From positions 1-53,794 of the forward strand of contig JBAMLT010000008.1 in assembly GCA_039793425.1 (NCBI GenBank): 53,794 nt of DNA, read 5' to 3'. Within the stretch, counting starts at the first letter, position 1; each line of letters begins with the position of its first letter. Under the pieces are notes generated by a model. The model saw only the letters and a list, made by a program, of their open reading frames with translations. It made no database searches and was not told the origin of the DNA. Made by a program: the position numbers and the translations under genes. This document shows, in pieces, positions 1 to 11,057 of the stretch. This stretch comes from Caldisericota bacterium (lineage in GTDB: Bacteria; Caldisericota; Caldisericia; B22-G15).

Positions 1-678
1 TAAATTATTTAGATAATCAGATAAATATTTTTTAATTTTTTTTCTTCTTTTTGAAAAAATGTCTTTTAAAAAAGATTCATAAAATTTAAAATCATCATTC
101 CAGTCTCTAATTCTTTTGAAATAGATAAATATAGAATCAACTTGAGGTTTTGGGAAAAATAGATTTTTATTAAACTCTTTTAAAAATTTGAAATCAAAAA
201 ATGTCTGAAGAAAAATTGATATTGCTCCATATTTTTTTGAACTCTCTTTTGATATTATTCTCTCACCAAGTTCTTTCTGTATCATAAAATACCCCTCTTT
301 AAGGCTATTTAAAGTTGAACATTTTTTTAGGATTTCAGTTCCCGATGAATAAGGTAAGTTTGAAAAAAATTTAAATTTTTCTGGAAACTCATCTTCTAAT
401 AGAAAATCCTTATATTTAATTTCAATATTTTTATAAAAAATAATATTTTCATTAATAAACTCTTTTAATCTTTCATCAATTTCATAACTAATTATAAATT
501 TTACTCTCTTTGCTATTTCTTTTGTAATATCACCAGTACCAGTTCCAACTTCAATGATAACATCATCATCCACAAAATTTGTTAAATTAACTAAAGATGA
601 TACTCTTCCAATAAATAAATTCTGACCTAAACTTTTTTTAAATCTAAATTTCCTTTTTAATAAGTTCTCTTTGTTCAA
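1..678 (-). CDS. rsmA: 16S rRNA (adenine-N6,N6)-dimethyltransferase, 3' end runs off the window (absent from ORF track)
   Basis: Hand translation from TTG at 678: KKSLGQNLF, IIEVGTGTG, YEID, SNLPYS, MIQKELGERI, FFPKPQVDS; open to base 1; start overlaps the stop of the upstream gene (TTGA). Confidence 0.92.
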   Translation of the reverse strand, partial: MNKENLLKRKFRFKKSLGQNLFIGRVSSLVNLTNFVDDDVIIEVGTGTGDITKEIAKRVKFIISYEIDERLKEFINENIIFYKNIEIKYKDFLLEDEFPEKFKFFSNLPYSSGTEILKKCSTLNSLKEGYFMIQKELGERIISKESSKKYGAISIFLQTFFDFKFLKEFNKNLFFPKPQVDSIFIYFKRIRDWNDDFKFYESFLKDIFSKRRKKIKKYLSDYLNNL

Positions 679-995
679 AATTTTATCTCTTGGGACAAAT
701 CTCCTATTATTGGAATTTTCCAAAATTTTCCAACAAGTGCTTCGATGAAAGCATATAGCGCAGCAAGAAAAACTAAAACACCAAGAATGTATCCAAAAAG
801 AAAACCTATAATTGGTATTTTACTTAATAACCAGATTATAACCTCTACTATAAATAAAACAAAACCTTGTTTAGCATGAGAATGAACAAACTCATCATTC
901 TTTACTAAAATAATTGGAATTATGAATAGAAATGGTATATAACTTATTGCTGCTAATATCCTTCTTTCATCTTCTTTTTCTATTTTAATTTCCAT
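675..995 (-). CDS. DUF4870/Tic20-like small membrane protein
   Basis: ILAAISYIPFL...FVHSHAKQG...GKFWKIPIIGD pattern; GGAGG SD upstream. Confidence 0.75.
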   Translation of the reverse strand: MEIKIEKEDERRILAAISYIPFLFIIPIILVKNDEFVHSHAKQGFVLFIVEVIIWLLSKIPIIGFLFGYILGVLVFLAALYAFIEALVGKFWKIPIIGDLSQEIKF

Positions 996-1689
996 TTTTC
1001 TTCCTCCTTTTCTTTCGATTCTCTTTTAACTTTTTTATCTCCCTCTCAAGTTCTAATAATTTTTTTAAAAAATATTCATTCTTTTCGTCATTTGATGTGT
1101 CAAGATATAGATTTGGAGTTAAAGAGAGGTTTATATCATCTTTATCATCATATGTATTCATATCATCAAATGGTATCGAATTAATATCATCAATTATCTG
1201 GATCATTCTTCTTGCTCTAATCTCTTCATCATTCATTTCATCACCTTTTAACTTTGGAAGTAAAACAGTTGGAACGAAAATAATTATCTCACCATCCTCA
1301 GATTTTCCAATTGTTCCAAATTTCTCCTTGAAGTCAAGAATAAAAGATGGTGAAACAATATACATTTCGTTTTTTTCTCCAGTGAATATTACAGATGCTT
1401 TAATGGGCCTTTTCTTTTTTAATGAATCAAATTTTTTGATAAATTTTTTAATAAGTTCTCTCTCAATAAAAACACATCTATCACCAAAGTGATATGAACT
1501 GAAAAAACGAAAATGGTTACTCATACCATTAATAGTTGAATTATTTTTTACAAGAATCAATGCTGAATCAGTATATATCAAATAGGATTCATTATCAAAT
1601 TCAACCATTTTATTAATTTTTTCAGAAAAAGTGTCTTTCAATGCTATCTTTATTAAATGCTTTACATCTTCTTTTATCATAAAATACAT
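985..1689 (-). CDS. Hypothetical protein with C-terminal coiled coil
   Basis: ORF 985..1749 trimmed to ATG at 1689 (or 1680) to avoid overlap with the upstream gene; no recognised motif. Confidence 0.55.
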   Translation of the reverse strand: MYFMIKEDVKHLIKIALKDTFSEKINKMVEFDNESYLIYTDSALILVKNNSTINGMSNHFRFFSSYHFGDRCVFIERELIKKFIKKFDSLKKKRPIKASVIFTGEKNEMYIVSPSFILDFKEKFGTIGKSEDGEIIIFVPTVLLPKLKGDEMNDEEIRARRMIQIIDDINSIPFDDMNTYDDKDDINLSLTPNLYLDTSNDEKNEYFLKKLLELEREIKKLKENRKKRRKKNGN

Positions 1690-1699
1690 TTTACCATAA

Positions 1700-2965
1700 T
1701 TAAAAAGAAATAATATATTTTGATTTTGGCAGTTTTCCGAAGGGATCAAGTATGTATTTTTTATAATTTAAAAGTAAATTATAAGGAAGTTCAGAGTGAT
1801 CTGTTCCTATAACTATAAGGTCATATTTCTTCATATTATTTTTTGTAGGTTTTATACTTTTTAATTTTTTTCCTTTTATCTCAATTTCTTTAATAAAAGG
1901 GTCAAAATAACTAACATCAATTCCTTTTTCAATTAAAAGTTCTATGAATTTTAAAACTTGTGAATTTCTTATATCATTAACATCTTTTTTGTAAGTTATC
2001 CCTAAAATAAAAATGTTTTTTTTGATATATTTTTTTGATTTTTCAAACCAGTAATAAGGCATACTTTTATTAATTAAATTTGAATATTCAATAGATGAAA
2101 CTCTTAAACCAAGATTTTCTCCTCTTTCAACAAGAAACATTGGAACAGTTGGAATACAATCACCTTGAGCACCCCAGTTAGGATAAAAAGGAGTGAATCC
2201 ATAGGGTTTTGTTTTTGCTCCTTCAATAACTTCGAATATATCAACACCATCAAGTGAAGTGAGTTTTGCTAATTCATTTATAAAGGAGATATTTATTAAT
2301 CTATAACTATTTTCAAGAAGTTTTATATACTCAGCAACTTTAGTGCTTGAAACAGGTATTACTTTCTCAAATATTGTTGAATAAAAGTAAATTCCTAAAG
2401 CAAGAGAATCCTCATCTATTCCACTTATTATTTTTGGAATAGAATCTAATGGATATCTACTTCCAGGATTAATTCTTTCTGGAGAAAAACAAAGAAAAAA
2501 TTTTTTACTACTCTTTTTTAATTTTGGAAAAACAAGTTCTTGGGTTGAACCAGGTGGAAGAGTGCTTTCAAAAATAATTAACTTCCCGTCTTCATTAAGA
2601 GATTTTCTTATGTCTCTTATTGCCTTTAAGACAAATTTTAATTCGGGTTTCTCACTTTCATTCAATGGTGTTGGTACAGAAACTATAAAAATATCTGCTT
2701 TAATAATATCTTTAACTGAATTTGTAGGAAAAAGTTGTTTATTTATATATTTTTTTATCTCATCATCATCTATATCCACATGATATGATTTACCCTTTTT
2801 TAAATAATTTATCTTTTCTAAACTAACATCATAACCTATAACTTTATATCCTTTATTTAAAAGTGATTTTGTTATTGCTAACCCAACATATCCAAGCCCA
2901 ATAACACAAATGAATAAATCTTTCTTTTTTATCTTATCTTTTAATTCTAATGAATTTATTTCCAA
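1700..2965 (-). CDS. UDP-glucose/GDP-mannose dehydrogenase family nucleotide-sugar dehydrogenase (WecC/WbpA-like)
   Basis: [36 protein letters not shown], catalytic [18 protein letters not shown]; TTG at 2965 is the likely start. Confidence 0.88.
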   Translation of the reverse strand: MEINSLELKDKIKKKDLFICVIGLGYVGLAITKSLLNKGYKVIGYDVSLEKINYLKKGKSYHVDIDDDEIKKYINKQLFPTNSVKDIIKADIFIVSVPTPLNESEKPELKFVLKAIRDIRKSLNEDGKLIIFESTLPPGSTQELVFPKLKKSSKKFFLCFSPERINPGSRYPLDSIPKIISGIDEDSLALGIYFYSTIFEKVIPVSSTKVAEYIKLLENSYRLINISFINELAKLTSLDGVDIFEVIEGAKTKPYGFTPFYPNWGAQGDCIPTVPMFLVERGENLGLRVSSIEYSNLINKSMPYYWFEKSKKYIKKNIFILGITYKKDVNDIRNSQVLKFIELLIEKGIDVSYFDPFIKEIEIKGKKLKSIKPTKNNMKKYDLIVIGTDHSELPYNLLLNYKKYILDPFGKLPKSKYIISF

Positions 2966-4205
2966 CTTTTTTATTTTCTCCAAGTTCTTCTTCAATTTGT
3001 ATCAATCTATTATATTTTGCGACTCTTTCTCCTCTTGATGGTGCACCTGCTTTTATCATTAAACTGCTTGTACCAACTGCTAAATCTGAAATATATGAAT
3101 CAGATGTTTCTCCAGATCTATGAGATATCATAAATTTATAACCATACATTCTTGCAATTTTTATAACTTCAAGAGTTTCAGTTAATGTTCCAATTTGATT
3201 TAATTTTATTAGTATTGAGTTAGCAATTTCATTTTCTATTCCAAAAAGAAGTTTTTCTTTGTTGGTAACAAATATATCATCTCCAATAATCTCAATTTTA
3301 TCTTTCAATCTTTTGGTTAATTGTCTCCATCCTAAAAGGTCATCTTCTGACAGGGGATCCTCAAGCGAAATTATTGGATATTTACTAACTAAATTTTCAT
3401 AATATTCAATCATAAATGAATAATCTACTTCTTTTCCTTCAAAAATGTATTTTCCATCTTTATAAAAACTTGATGCTGCAGAATCTATTGCGATAAAAAC
3501 TTCTTTACCTGGTTCATAGTGTGATTCTTCAATTGCTCTCATTATAAATTTAATTGCTTCTTCATTATTCTTTAAATTAGGTGAAAAACCACCTTCATCT
3601 CCTATTCCAGTTGATAATCCTTCTTCTTTTAAAATATTTTTTAAAGTGTGAAAAATTTCTGATGCTGCTCTTATTGATTCTTTAAATGAACTAAATCTAA
3701 ATGGAACAATCATAAATTCCTGAATATCAAGATTATTTTCAGCATGTTTACCACCATTTATTATATTTAAAAATGGAATTGGTAATGTATCTGCAAATTG
3801 TCCTCCTATGTATCTATATAATGGAATATTCAAAAAATTAGAGGCAGCTCTTGAAACTGCAAGCGATACGCCAAGAATAGCATTAGCACCTAAATTGCTT
3901 TTGTTTTCAGTACCATCAAGTTCTATCATTCTTCTATCTATCTCTTCTTGTTCAAGAACATCCATTCCAAGTATTTCTGGTGCAATTATAAGTTCAATAT
4001 TTCTTATTGCTTTTAAAACACCCTTACCATGAAATCTACTGTCATTATCTCTCAATTCAAGTGCCTCGAACTTTCCAGTTGAAGCACCCGAAGGAACACA
4101 TGATGTTCCAGTTATACCTGAAATCGTTTTAACTTCAACCTCAATTGTTGGATTACCTCTTGAATCAAGAATCTCCCTTCCTTTTATTTCAACTATTTCT
4201 TCCAC
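2934..4205 (-). CDS. eno: Enolase
   Basis: [51 protein letters not shown]; GTG at 4205 behind AAGGAGG. Confidence 0.97.
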   Translation of the reverse strand: MEEIVEIKGREILDSRGNPTIEVEVKTISGITGTSCVPSGASTGKFEALELRDNDSRFHGKGVLKAIRNIELIIAPEILGMDVLEQEEIDRRMIELDGTENKSNLGANAILGVSLAVSRAASNFLNIPLYRYIGGQFADTLPIPFLNIINGGKHAENNLDIQEFMIVPFRFSSFKESIRAASEIFHTLKNILKEEGLSTGIGDEGGFSPNLKNNEEAIKFIMRAIEESHYEPGKEVFIAIDSAASSFYKDGKYIFEGKEVDYSFMIEYYENLVSKYPIISLEDPLSEDDLLGWRQLTKRLKDKIEIIGDDIFVTNKEKLLFGIENEIANSILIKLNQIGTLTETLEVIKIARMYGYKFMISHRSGETSDSYISDLAVGTSSLMIKAGAPSRGERVAKYNRLIQIEEELGENKKVGNKFIRIKR

Positions 4206-4995
4206 TTTTTTCCTCCTTAAGTTCAGCTGCAAAAAGGGCTGCTCCAAGAGCACCAATAAATTCTGGTGTTTTTGGTATATTTATTTTTAATTTTAATAAA
4301 TCCTCAAGAGCAAGAACAACTCCTTTATTTTTAGCTACTCCCCCTGTCATTGTAACCTCTTCTTCTACATTTACTCTTTTTAATAAAGTTAAAGCTCTTT
4401 TTGCAACAGAATAATTTATGCCTTTTATAATATCTTTTTTATCAACTCCCTCACTTAATAGCGAAATAACTTCTGATTCTGCAAAAACAGTGCATATATT
4501 TGAAATCTCGATGTCTTTTTTTGATTCAATATGGCAGTTCCCAAAATCACTTAAATTAACTTGAAGTGCATGAGACATGACCTCAAGAAATCTTCCAGTT
4601 CCTGCAGCACATTTATCATTCATAACAAAATCCAAAACATTTCCATTTGAACCAAGTTTTATTGCCTTACTATCCTGTCCTCCAATATCTATTATTGTTT
4701 TTGTTTTAGGAAAAATGAATTTTGCTCCTTTTGCATGGCAACTTATTTCAGTTTTTGTAAATTCTGTAAAACTTACACTTATCCTTCCATATCCTGTTGC
4801 AAGAATATTTTCTATATTTTTTATATCCAAATTTTGTTCTTTCAATAGATTATGAATCAATTCTTGAGCAACTAAATTTCCATTTGTACCTGTCGGAGAT
4901 ATTTTTCCAACAACATATTCAACATTTGATTCATTTTTAATTAATACAACTTTCGTTGCAACAGACCCAATATCAACTCCTATAAAATAACTCAT
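4189..4995 (-). CDS. Acyl-CoA dehydratase activase (HgdC/FldI family ATPase)
   Basis: [64 protein letters not shown]. Confidence 0.93.
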   Translation of the reverse strand: MSYFIGVDIGSVATKVVLIKNESNVEYVVGKISPTGTNGNLVAQELIHNLLKEQNLDIKNIENILATGYGRISVSFTEFTKTEISCHAKGAKFIFPKTKTIIDIGGQDSKAIKLGSNGNVLDFVMNDKCAAGTGRFLEVMSHALQVNLSDFGNCHIESKKDIEISNICTVFAESEVISLLSEGVDKKDIIKGINYSVAKRALTLLKRVNVEEEVTMTGGVAKNKGVVLALEDLLKLKINIPKTPEFIGALGAALFAAELKEEKSGRNS

Positions 4996-6230
4996 TCAAT
5001 AACCTCCAGAAATCCTTCAACTCTTGTTTTATTTTGTTCTTTTGGAAAATTTGATTCATCAACAAGATCACCATCAATTATTATACATGGAATGCCATAA
5101 TCAATCAATTTTTTTCTTAATAAATAAGAACTACCTGCGCCTTGCCTACAACCCCATTGATTGAATATGATAACACCGTCAACCTTATAATCATTTATTG
5201 CTTTAATTGTTGTTTTGTACCTTTCTTCAAGATTTGAAAATATTTTAAAATTAATGAGTTTTTTTGCAATTGATTTAAATGGGTCTTTTAAATCAAATTC
5301 ATCCCAGTAAACATTACTTGTTTCTTCAAAAACAATATATGCACCTTTTTTATATAGATAATCAAAAAAATCTGTTTTAAAATATGGCCCAAGGTGTAAC
5401 CAATATAACTTTTTTTTGACAGGTAATTCAAACCCTTGTTCATATAATTTTTTTAGATTATCTCTTAAAAGTTTAAAGAAATCTCTTCCATATGTTGAAC
5501 CTAATGCTGAAAAAGTCATTCCAAGATATCCTAAAAATTTTCTTCCATCAATTAAAACTTTTTTCTTCCTCAGTTCATTAATTTCAATCATATATTTTCT
5601 TGTCTCATTGGATAAATTTATTGCATTTAACAAATTTTTGTAAGGATTTTTAATCTTTAACTCTTTTGATAAAAAAATAAAAGTGTCTTCAAGTTTTTTA
5701 GAAAGATAATTCAAGTTCTCTTCAGTTTCTTCTTCTGGTATGTCTATTACAAAATATTCTCCTCCGTAGAATTTTGATATTAGATAAAAAGAGTGAACAG
5801 CAGAATGACAAGGTTTATCTGTTGTAAAAACATAGTTTGGTGTTGGTAGAAAACCCATTTTTATTAGTCCTATTAAATTTCTATGAACACTACAACTATC
5901 TTTTGAAAAAAGAATATCATCACTTTCAAAAAGAGCAGAATCGCTTATAGAAAAATTTGCACTAACCGCTGAAGCAACTTCTGGTAAAATTGGAAAAGTA
6001 TTCAATGCAAAAAAGATTTCTGTAGGTGTAAAAACATTCACCATAATAACTTTACTATTCTTACTGAAATTCTTTTTAATTAAATCAAGTGAAAATTTTA
6101 TAGATACTTTTCCAATATCATCTGGCCTTAGAATTTGTAGTAATACTTGATAGATTAAAGGATAAAGAAACTTTTTTGAAAATATTTTTTTTAAATATAC
6201 TGGTTTTACCTTTGAGATATTAAAATTCAT
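4992..6230 (-). CDS. 2-hydroxyacyl-CoA dehydratase subunit (alpha-like)
   Basis: DSCS, PCHS, QWGCRQ, IDGDLVD, TRVEGFLE motifs; adjacent to the activase. Confidence 0.85.
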   Translation of the reverse strand: MNFNISKVKPVYLKKIFSKKFLYPLIYQVLLQILRPDDIGKVSIKFSLDLIKKNFSKNSKVIMVNVFTPTEIFFALNTFPILPEVASAVSANFSISDSALFESDDILFSKDSCSVHRNLIGLIKMGFLPTPNYVFTTDKPCHSAVHSFYLISKFYGGEYFVIDIPEEETEENLNYLSKKLEDTFIFLSKELKIKNPYKNLLNAINLSNETRKYMIEINELRKKKVLIDGRKFLGYLGMTFSALGSTYGRDFFKLLRDNLKKLYEQGFELPVKKKLYWLHLGPYFKTDFFDYLYKKGAYIVFEETSNVYWDEFDLKDPFKSIAKKLINFKIFSNLEERYKTTIKAINDYKVDGVIIFNQWGCRQGAGSSYLLRKKLIDYGIPCIIIDGDLVDESNFPKEQNKTRVEGFLEVIE

Positions 6231-7276
6231 ATCATCATCTCCAAAAAAGCTTCAATTCTTGTTCTTATTTGTCCTTTTATATTCATAGTAAAATCATCCT
6301 CAATCATGAGAAGTGGTATTTTTTCTTCATTTAATTTTTCCTTTATCATTGGTATAAAAAAAATTAATGGATCGCAATATTTAAGATTATAGATAATAAC
6401 TCCTTTCAAATTTTTATTCTTATATCTTTGAATTAAATTTTCTAATTTTTTATCAATCTCTCTTTTTCTAACACAACCCTCTCTTTTAAGATAATACTCT
6501 GAAATTGAAGTAAGTGGGTCATCTTTATTTAATTCAATTAAACTTAAATTTTTTTCTCCAAAACATGAATCATCATATTCAATATTGATGCCAAGTGATT
6601 CAATGTATTCAATAAAATTTAATGGATAAACTGTGGAAAATAAATAAAATTTATTTTGTATTTCATTTTTTTGGTTAGTAAAATCAATATCTAAATTTAT
6701 AAAATCTTCAATATCCATTAGTTGGAAAAGAGAGTTTAAATAAAATTTAAAACTACTTTTAAGATTTTGAGATTTATTATTGAATATTTGATACAATTTT
6801 TTCCTTCCCGAGTTATATAGATTTATTGATTCATTTAATTTTTCTAAATCTATTTTTCCATTTAGTAAAAGAAAAAGTTTTTGAAGTTCACTTTTGAAAA
6901 AGAGTACATCCTGAGGATTCTCATTAAAAGGAATTTTTAAATAAAAATATTTTTTAGTAAAATTTAGTTCTTTGAAAACTTCAAAAATTCTTCTTGATGA
7001 ATCACAACCATCTGTAAAAATAATATTTTTTTCTTTTAAATTATTTTTAATAAAAAATTCAACAGCAGTTTTTAAATAAGGACAAATATATTTTGGAATA
7101 ACTTCATCAGAATGCAAAAATTGCATTGAATCAAGAATAAATCTAACTGGTTTATATGAAGATGCATGAATTATTTCTACTGGGACATAAGAACAAAAAT
7201 AAAAAAAAGACTTTTCATCTTTTATTTTCTTTGTCAATATCTCTTCATATAAATCTTTAATATCAATATTATGCAT
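6227..7276 (-). CDS. 2-hydroxyacyl-CoA dehydratase subunit (beta-like)
   Basis: FCSYVPVEIIHA, ICPY, DGCDSSRR, DDSCFG, KYCDP, GQIRTRIEAFLEM. Confidence 0.88.
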   Translation of the reverse strand: MHNIDIKDLYEEILTKKIKDEKSFFYFCSYVPVEIIHASSYKPVRFILDSMQFLHSDEVIPKYICPYLKTAVEFFIKNNLKEKNIIFTDGCDSSRRIFEVFKELNFTKKYFYLKIPFNENPQDVLFFKSELQKLFLLLNGKIDLEKLNESINLYNSGRKKLYQIFNNKSQNLKSSFKFYLNSLFQLMDIEDFINLDIDFTNQKNEIQNKFYLFSTVYPLNFIEYIESLGINIEYDDSCFGEKNLSLIELNKDDPLTSISEYYLKREGCVRKREIDKKLENLIQRYKNKNLKGVIIYNLKYCDPLIFFIPMIKEKLNEEKIPLLMIEDDFTMNIKGQIRTRIEAFLEMMI

Positions 7277-7362
7277 ATTAGATATTATATAAAAAAAGTT
7301 GATATTTTAAAAATATTGAGTATATTTAAAAAAGATATTATTAAAATATAAAAGGAGAAAGT

Positions 7363-8115
7363 ATGAAAGGCATTATTGTTTTAAGAAGTTCTATGTCAAA
7401 AAGATTAATTGCAAAAGGTATTAAAGAATATTTAAGGTCATTAAACATACTTAATAAGGGTATCATATTTATATGTCTTGGAACAACAAATAGTTTCATA
7501 GTTGAAGAAATTCTGAATAAAAAAATAGATAAAAATAGGTATATGGCTGGTTATATTGGAGATTGTCAACTTTCTGTTCTTGATAAAAATTTTAGACTTG
7601 ACCCTGTAATAATAATTGATGGTAAAGAATCAAATGAAAATGCAGATGAAGTTGTTAAAAGAATGAGTTCAAATGATGTTTTCATAAAAGGTGCAAATGC
7701 AATAGATTCTGATGGAAATGTTGGTGTTATTATTGGAGATAAAAATGGAGGAACAGTTGGTAAATACATTGGTGGTATTATATCGAGAGGTGTCAAATGG
7801 TTATCTCCTGTAAGCATTGGGAAATTAGTACCTGATGTAATAGATGCATCATATTTTGCGAAAATTGATGAGGTGAAATATTCAATGGGTCTACCTATAT
7901 CAATTTTTCCAATAGTTAATGCCATACCATTTACAGAAATTGAAGCACTTAATTTACTTTTTGATGTTGATGCTATTTTACTATCTAAAGGAGGTCTATG
8001 GGAAGATGAAGGTTCAATTGTTTTAGGAATAGAAGGGGAAGAAGATAATGTTAAAAAAATATTTGAGTTTGTAGAGTCAATTAAAAAAGAGGAATTTCCT
8101 AAATTAACTATTTAG
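7363..8115 (+). CDS. Conserved hypothetical protein, possibly NagB/RpiA/CoA-transferase-like fold
   Basis: 250-aa ORF with AGGAG SD; motifs LGTTNSFIVEE and VFIKGANAID; fold is a guess. Confidence 0.55.
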   Translation: MKGIIVLRSSMSKRLIAKGIKEYLRSLNILNKGIIFICLGTTNSFIVEEILNKKIDKNRYMAGYIGDCQLSVLDKNFRLDPVIIIDGKESNENADEVVKRMSSNDVFIKGANAIDSDGNVGVIIGDKNGGTVGKYIGGIISRGVKWLSPVSIGKLVPDVIDASYFAKIDEVKYSMGLPISIFPIVNAIPFTEIEALNLLFDVDAILLSKGGLWEDEGSIVLGIEGEEDNVKKIFEFVESIKKEEFPKLTI

Positions 8116-9376
8116 GATAAGTAATAGTTACTGTTCTTGTTATTCCATCCCAAAGAACTTCACATCCTAAATTTTCTGCAACAAATCTAACAGGAAGCAT
8201 TGTTCTACCAGAGATAATCATAGGAACAACCTTTGGATTATTAGGATCTATTGGTGTATCAATTCCATTTACTCTTGCAATATTCTTACCTATCCATAGT
8301 TCAATTAAATTTTCTTTTAAAGAAACAGTAACTTTCTTTTCTACTCCATCCCAACCAACTTCTGCACCTAAAGGTTCTGCAACCCATCTAATTGGTAAAA
8401 GTGTTCTTCCTTCAATTATTTGAGGAGGAACATCTATTTCTTGGGGTGAGTCATTTACAAACATTCTCTTATTTCCAATTTGAAGTTTTAAAATTTTTCT
8501 TTTTATATAATTTATCTTATAAATTTCTTCTTTTTGATTATCAAGATTATCAATTAATTTAAATTTCAATTCATTTTCGCCTTCTTTTAAAAGTAGATAG
8601 GTTTCAAAATTTCCGTTTTTATCGAGCATAAGTTCAATATTGTTTAATGAGGCACTTTTTACTCCAATACCTTCATCAAAAACTTTTCCTTTAACTTTTA
8701 AATTTTCTTCATAAGTTGTAATGGGTAAATTTACACTTACTTTTGGAGGTGTTTTATCAAGAAAGATAGTTAAAGTAAGGGAAGATTTGTTTCCTTTATA
8801 ATCTTCTGCAACAATTAAAAATTCATTTTTTCCTTCAATCAAAGTATAATTAGCATCAAAAGTTGAACAACCACATTGATTTATTTTTACTCCATTTACA
8901 ACAAGAGTTTTCAATCCACTCATATTATCTCTAACGCCTATCAATAGATATAAATTTTCATTATTTGTATAATAATTATTAGTTTCAGGTTCTAATATTC
9001 TAAGTTCTGGTGCCTTATCATCAATTATTTTAATTGAAATTATATTGGATGGATTGGAGTAATTTCCATCTTTGTCATAAGATTTAACCATATAATAATA
9101 TGTTTTATCTAAATATATACTGTAATCAAGAAAATATAATTGATCCTTATATGCTTTTCCTATAGAATAAAAAGACTTATCATTTTCTCCCTTAAAAACT
9201 TCAAAACCTACTATGTTAGGATCAGATTTTTCTAACTGCCATGTCAATCTAACTTTGTAATCCTCTTGAACAGCATTTAAATTGACGGGTTTTTCTAATA
9301 AACTCAAAGAATAAATTTTATTTATGGATAGAACTAAGATAATTAAAACGATTAAAATTGTAAATTTTTTTAACAT
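8108..9376 (-). CDS. Secreted protein: FnIII/Ig-like domains plus C-terminal copper amine oxidase N-terminal (stalk) domain
   Basis: Signal peptide; LTWQ...GFEVFKG...YYYMVKSYD (FnIII); DKTPP linker; PPQIIEGRTLLPIRWVAE and SGRTMLPVRFVAE repeats. Confidence 0.85.
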   Translation of the reverse strand: MLKKFTILIVLIILVLSINKIYSLSLLEKPVNLNAVQEDYKVRLTWQLEKSDPNIVGFEVFKGENDKSFYSIGKAYKDQLYFLDYSIYLDKTYYYMVKSYDKDGNYSNPSNIISIKIIDDKAPELRILEPETNNYYTNNENLYLLIGVRDNMSGLKTLVVNGVKINQCGCSTFDANYTLIEGKNEFLIVAEDYKGNKSSLTLTIFLDKTPPKVSVNLPITTYEENLKVKGKVFDEGIGVKSASLNNIELMLDKNGNFETYLLLKEGENELKFKLIDNLDNQKEEIYKINYIKRKILKLQIGNKRMFVNDSPQEIDVPPQIIEGRTLLPIRWVAEPLGAEVGWDGVEKKVTVSLKENLIELWIGKNIARVNGIDTPIDPNNPKVVPMIISGRTMLPVRFVAENLGCEVLWDGITRTVTITYPK

Positions 9377-9810
9377 TTATTCTCCTTTTTAATTATTTTA
9401 AATTTTTCAAAAATAAAATTTTTAATTTCATCTCTAATTTCTCTAAACTTATTCAATTTTTCTTGTTCACTTCCTTCAAATGAAGATGGGTCTTCAAAAC
9501 TTTTATGTAAATATTCTTTGGCACCAGGAAAAAAAGGACAATTTTCTTTAGCACTATCGCAAACAGTAACTACATAATCAAATTTTTCTCCTTTAAATTC
9601 TAAAACACTTTTTGATCTATGGTTTGAAATATCTATTCCAATTTCTTTCATAACCTTAATGGCAAATGGATTAACTTTTGTTGGTTTTGTTCCTGCACTA
9701 AATGCACTGAATTCATCATTCATAAAATAATTCATTAGTCCTTCAGCCATTTGAGATCTTGCTGAATTATGAGTACAAATAAATAAAATCTTTTTCTTCA
9801 ATTCATACAT
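9370..9810 (-). CDS. arsC: Arsenate reductase, thioredoxin-dependent (LMW-PTP fold)
   Basis: ILFICTHNSARSQMAEG, SAGT, VVTVCDSAKENCPFFPG, FEDPS; ATG at 9810 preferred over the ORF-track start. Confidence 0.9.
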   Translation of the reverse strand: MYELKKKILFICTHNSARSQMAEGLMNYFMNDEFSAFSAGTKPTKVNPFAIKVMKEIGIDISNHRSKSVLEFKGEKFDYVVTVCDSAKENCPFFPGAKEYLHKSFEDPSSFEGSEQEKLNKFREIRDEIKNFIFEKFKIIKKENKC

Positions 9811-9826
9811 CTTATATTTTATTATA

Positions 9827-10431
9827 TCAATTTTTCTTTTTATATTCTTTAATGCCAATATATTTTGTCAAATAATAATTAACAAATAAAAGTGAAGCAC
9901 CACCAAATATAACTATTATATAAATTGTATTTTTTGTTAAAGGGTTTCTTAAATTTAACATTCCCTGAATACTTGAGCCTACAAATGGATCTATTATGGC
10001 AAAAAAACAGAAAAACAAAAAATTATAAAAATAAAAATTGTTGTGAATAGTGAAACTCTATTTATATAATTTATTGATTTAATTTCATTTAAATTTAAAA
10101 TTCTGCATCTTTTTCCAAAATATAAACCTGAAATAAAACTCATAATTAGATTAAAAATAGGTATTCCCATAAAAAATCCGAAAATGCAAAAATTATAAAA
10201 TAAATAGATAATAATTAGAAATTTAATATTTAAATTATATAAATTTTTAATAATTTTTTTATAATATATTGAGTTTAGTATCAATCCAATAAAAAAACCA
10301 GAAATTACAAATAAATATATGTAGTCTTCTTTAAAAAACGGAATAGATGCCCACCAAAATATCAAAAGAAAAAGCAAAGGAAAAAATAGAAAAATTAAAA
10401 TTTCAAAAAATAAATTGGTTAATCTACTCAT
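9827..10431 (-). pseudogene. Membrane protein split by a 1-nt frameshift in a T7 run (real or sequencing error)
   Basis: ORFs 9994..10431 and 9827..10018 join as ...FSVFFAIIDPF... if the A7 at + strand 10001-10007 were A8. Confidence 0.7.
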
Positions 10432-11006
10432 AAAAGATGCTCAAATAAAATTCTAATTCCTATTGAAATAAGAATCAATCCACCAATAATTTCTGCACCT
10501 TTTCTAAAAATTTTCCCAAATATACAACCTAAATGGATAGAAATGAATGAGAGAGTAAAAGTTATTGATCCTATGATAATTGATGGAAGTAAAATTAATA
10601 TTTTTAATAATGATAGAGAAATTCCAACAGCAAAAGCATCAATACTTGTTGCTATTGAGAGTAAAAATAGTGTTTTAAAATTTTCTGGATTTAGTTTATT
10701 TTCCCGATGCCCGCTAAAACTTTCATAAATCATTTTTAGACCTATTATTAAAAGAATTAAAAACGCAACCCAGTGGTCATAATCTTTGATAAAATTAAGT
10801 AGTTCCTTTCCGAGTAAAAACCCAAGAAATACCATTCCAAACTGAAAAAAACCAAAGAAAAAAGAAATTTTTAATGAGAATTTTATCTTTATCTCTTTTT
10901 TTATCAAACCGCAACTTATTCCAACAGCAAAAGCATCCATTGATAAACCAATGCCAATTAATATAACTGTTATTAAATTAATTGAATTACCGTCAATTGA
11001 AAACAC
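10428..11006 (-). CDS. mntP: Manganese efflux pump MntP (DUF204)
   Basis: IGLSMDAFAVG, FGFFQ, DHWVAF, LSIATSIDAFAVG, AEIIGGLILI; GTG start with AGGTGA SD. Confidence 0.92.
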   Translation of the reverse strand: MFSIDGNSINLITVILIGIGLSMDAFAVGISCGLIKKEIKIKFSLKISFFFGFFQFGMVFLGFLLGKELLNFIKDYDHWVAFLILLIIGLKMIYESFSGHRENKLNPENFKTLFLLSIATSIDAFAVGISLSLLKILILLPSIIIGSITFTLSFISIHLGCIFGKIFRKGAEIIGGLILISIGIRILFEHLL

Positions 11007-11057
11007 TTTTTCACCTAACTTTTAAAAAAATCACTCAAATATTATATAATTTTTTTG

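Noticed and set aside
8108-9376. Copper amine oxidase enzyme activity
   Set aside because: Only the non-catalytic N-terminal-type domain is present, with no TPQ catalytic domain.
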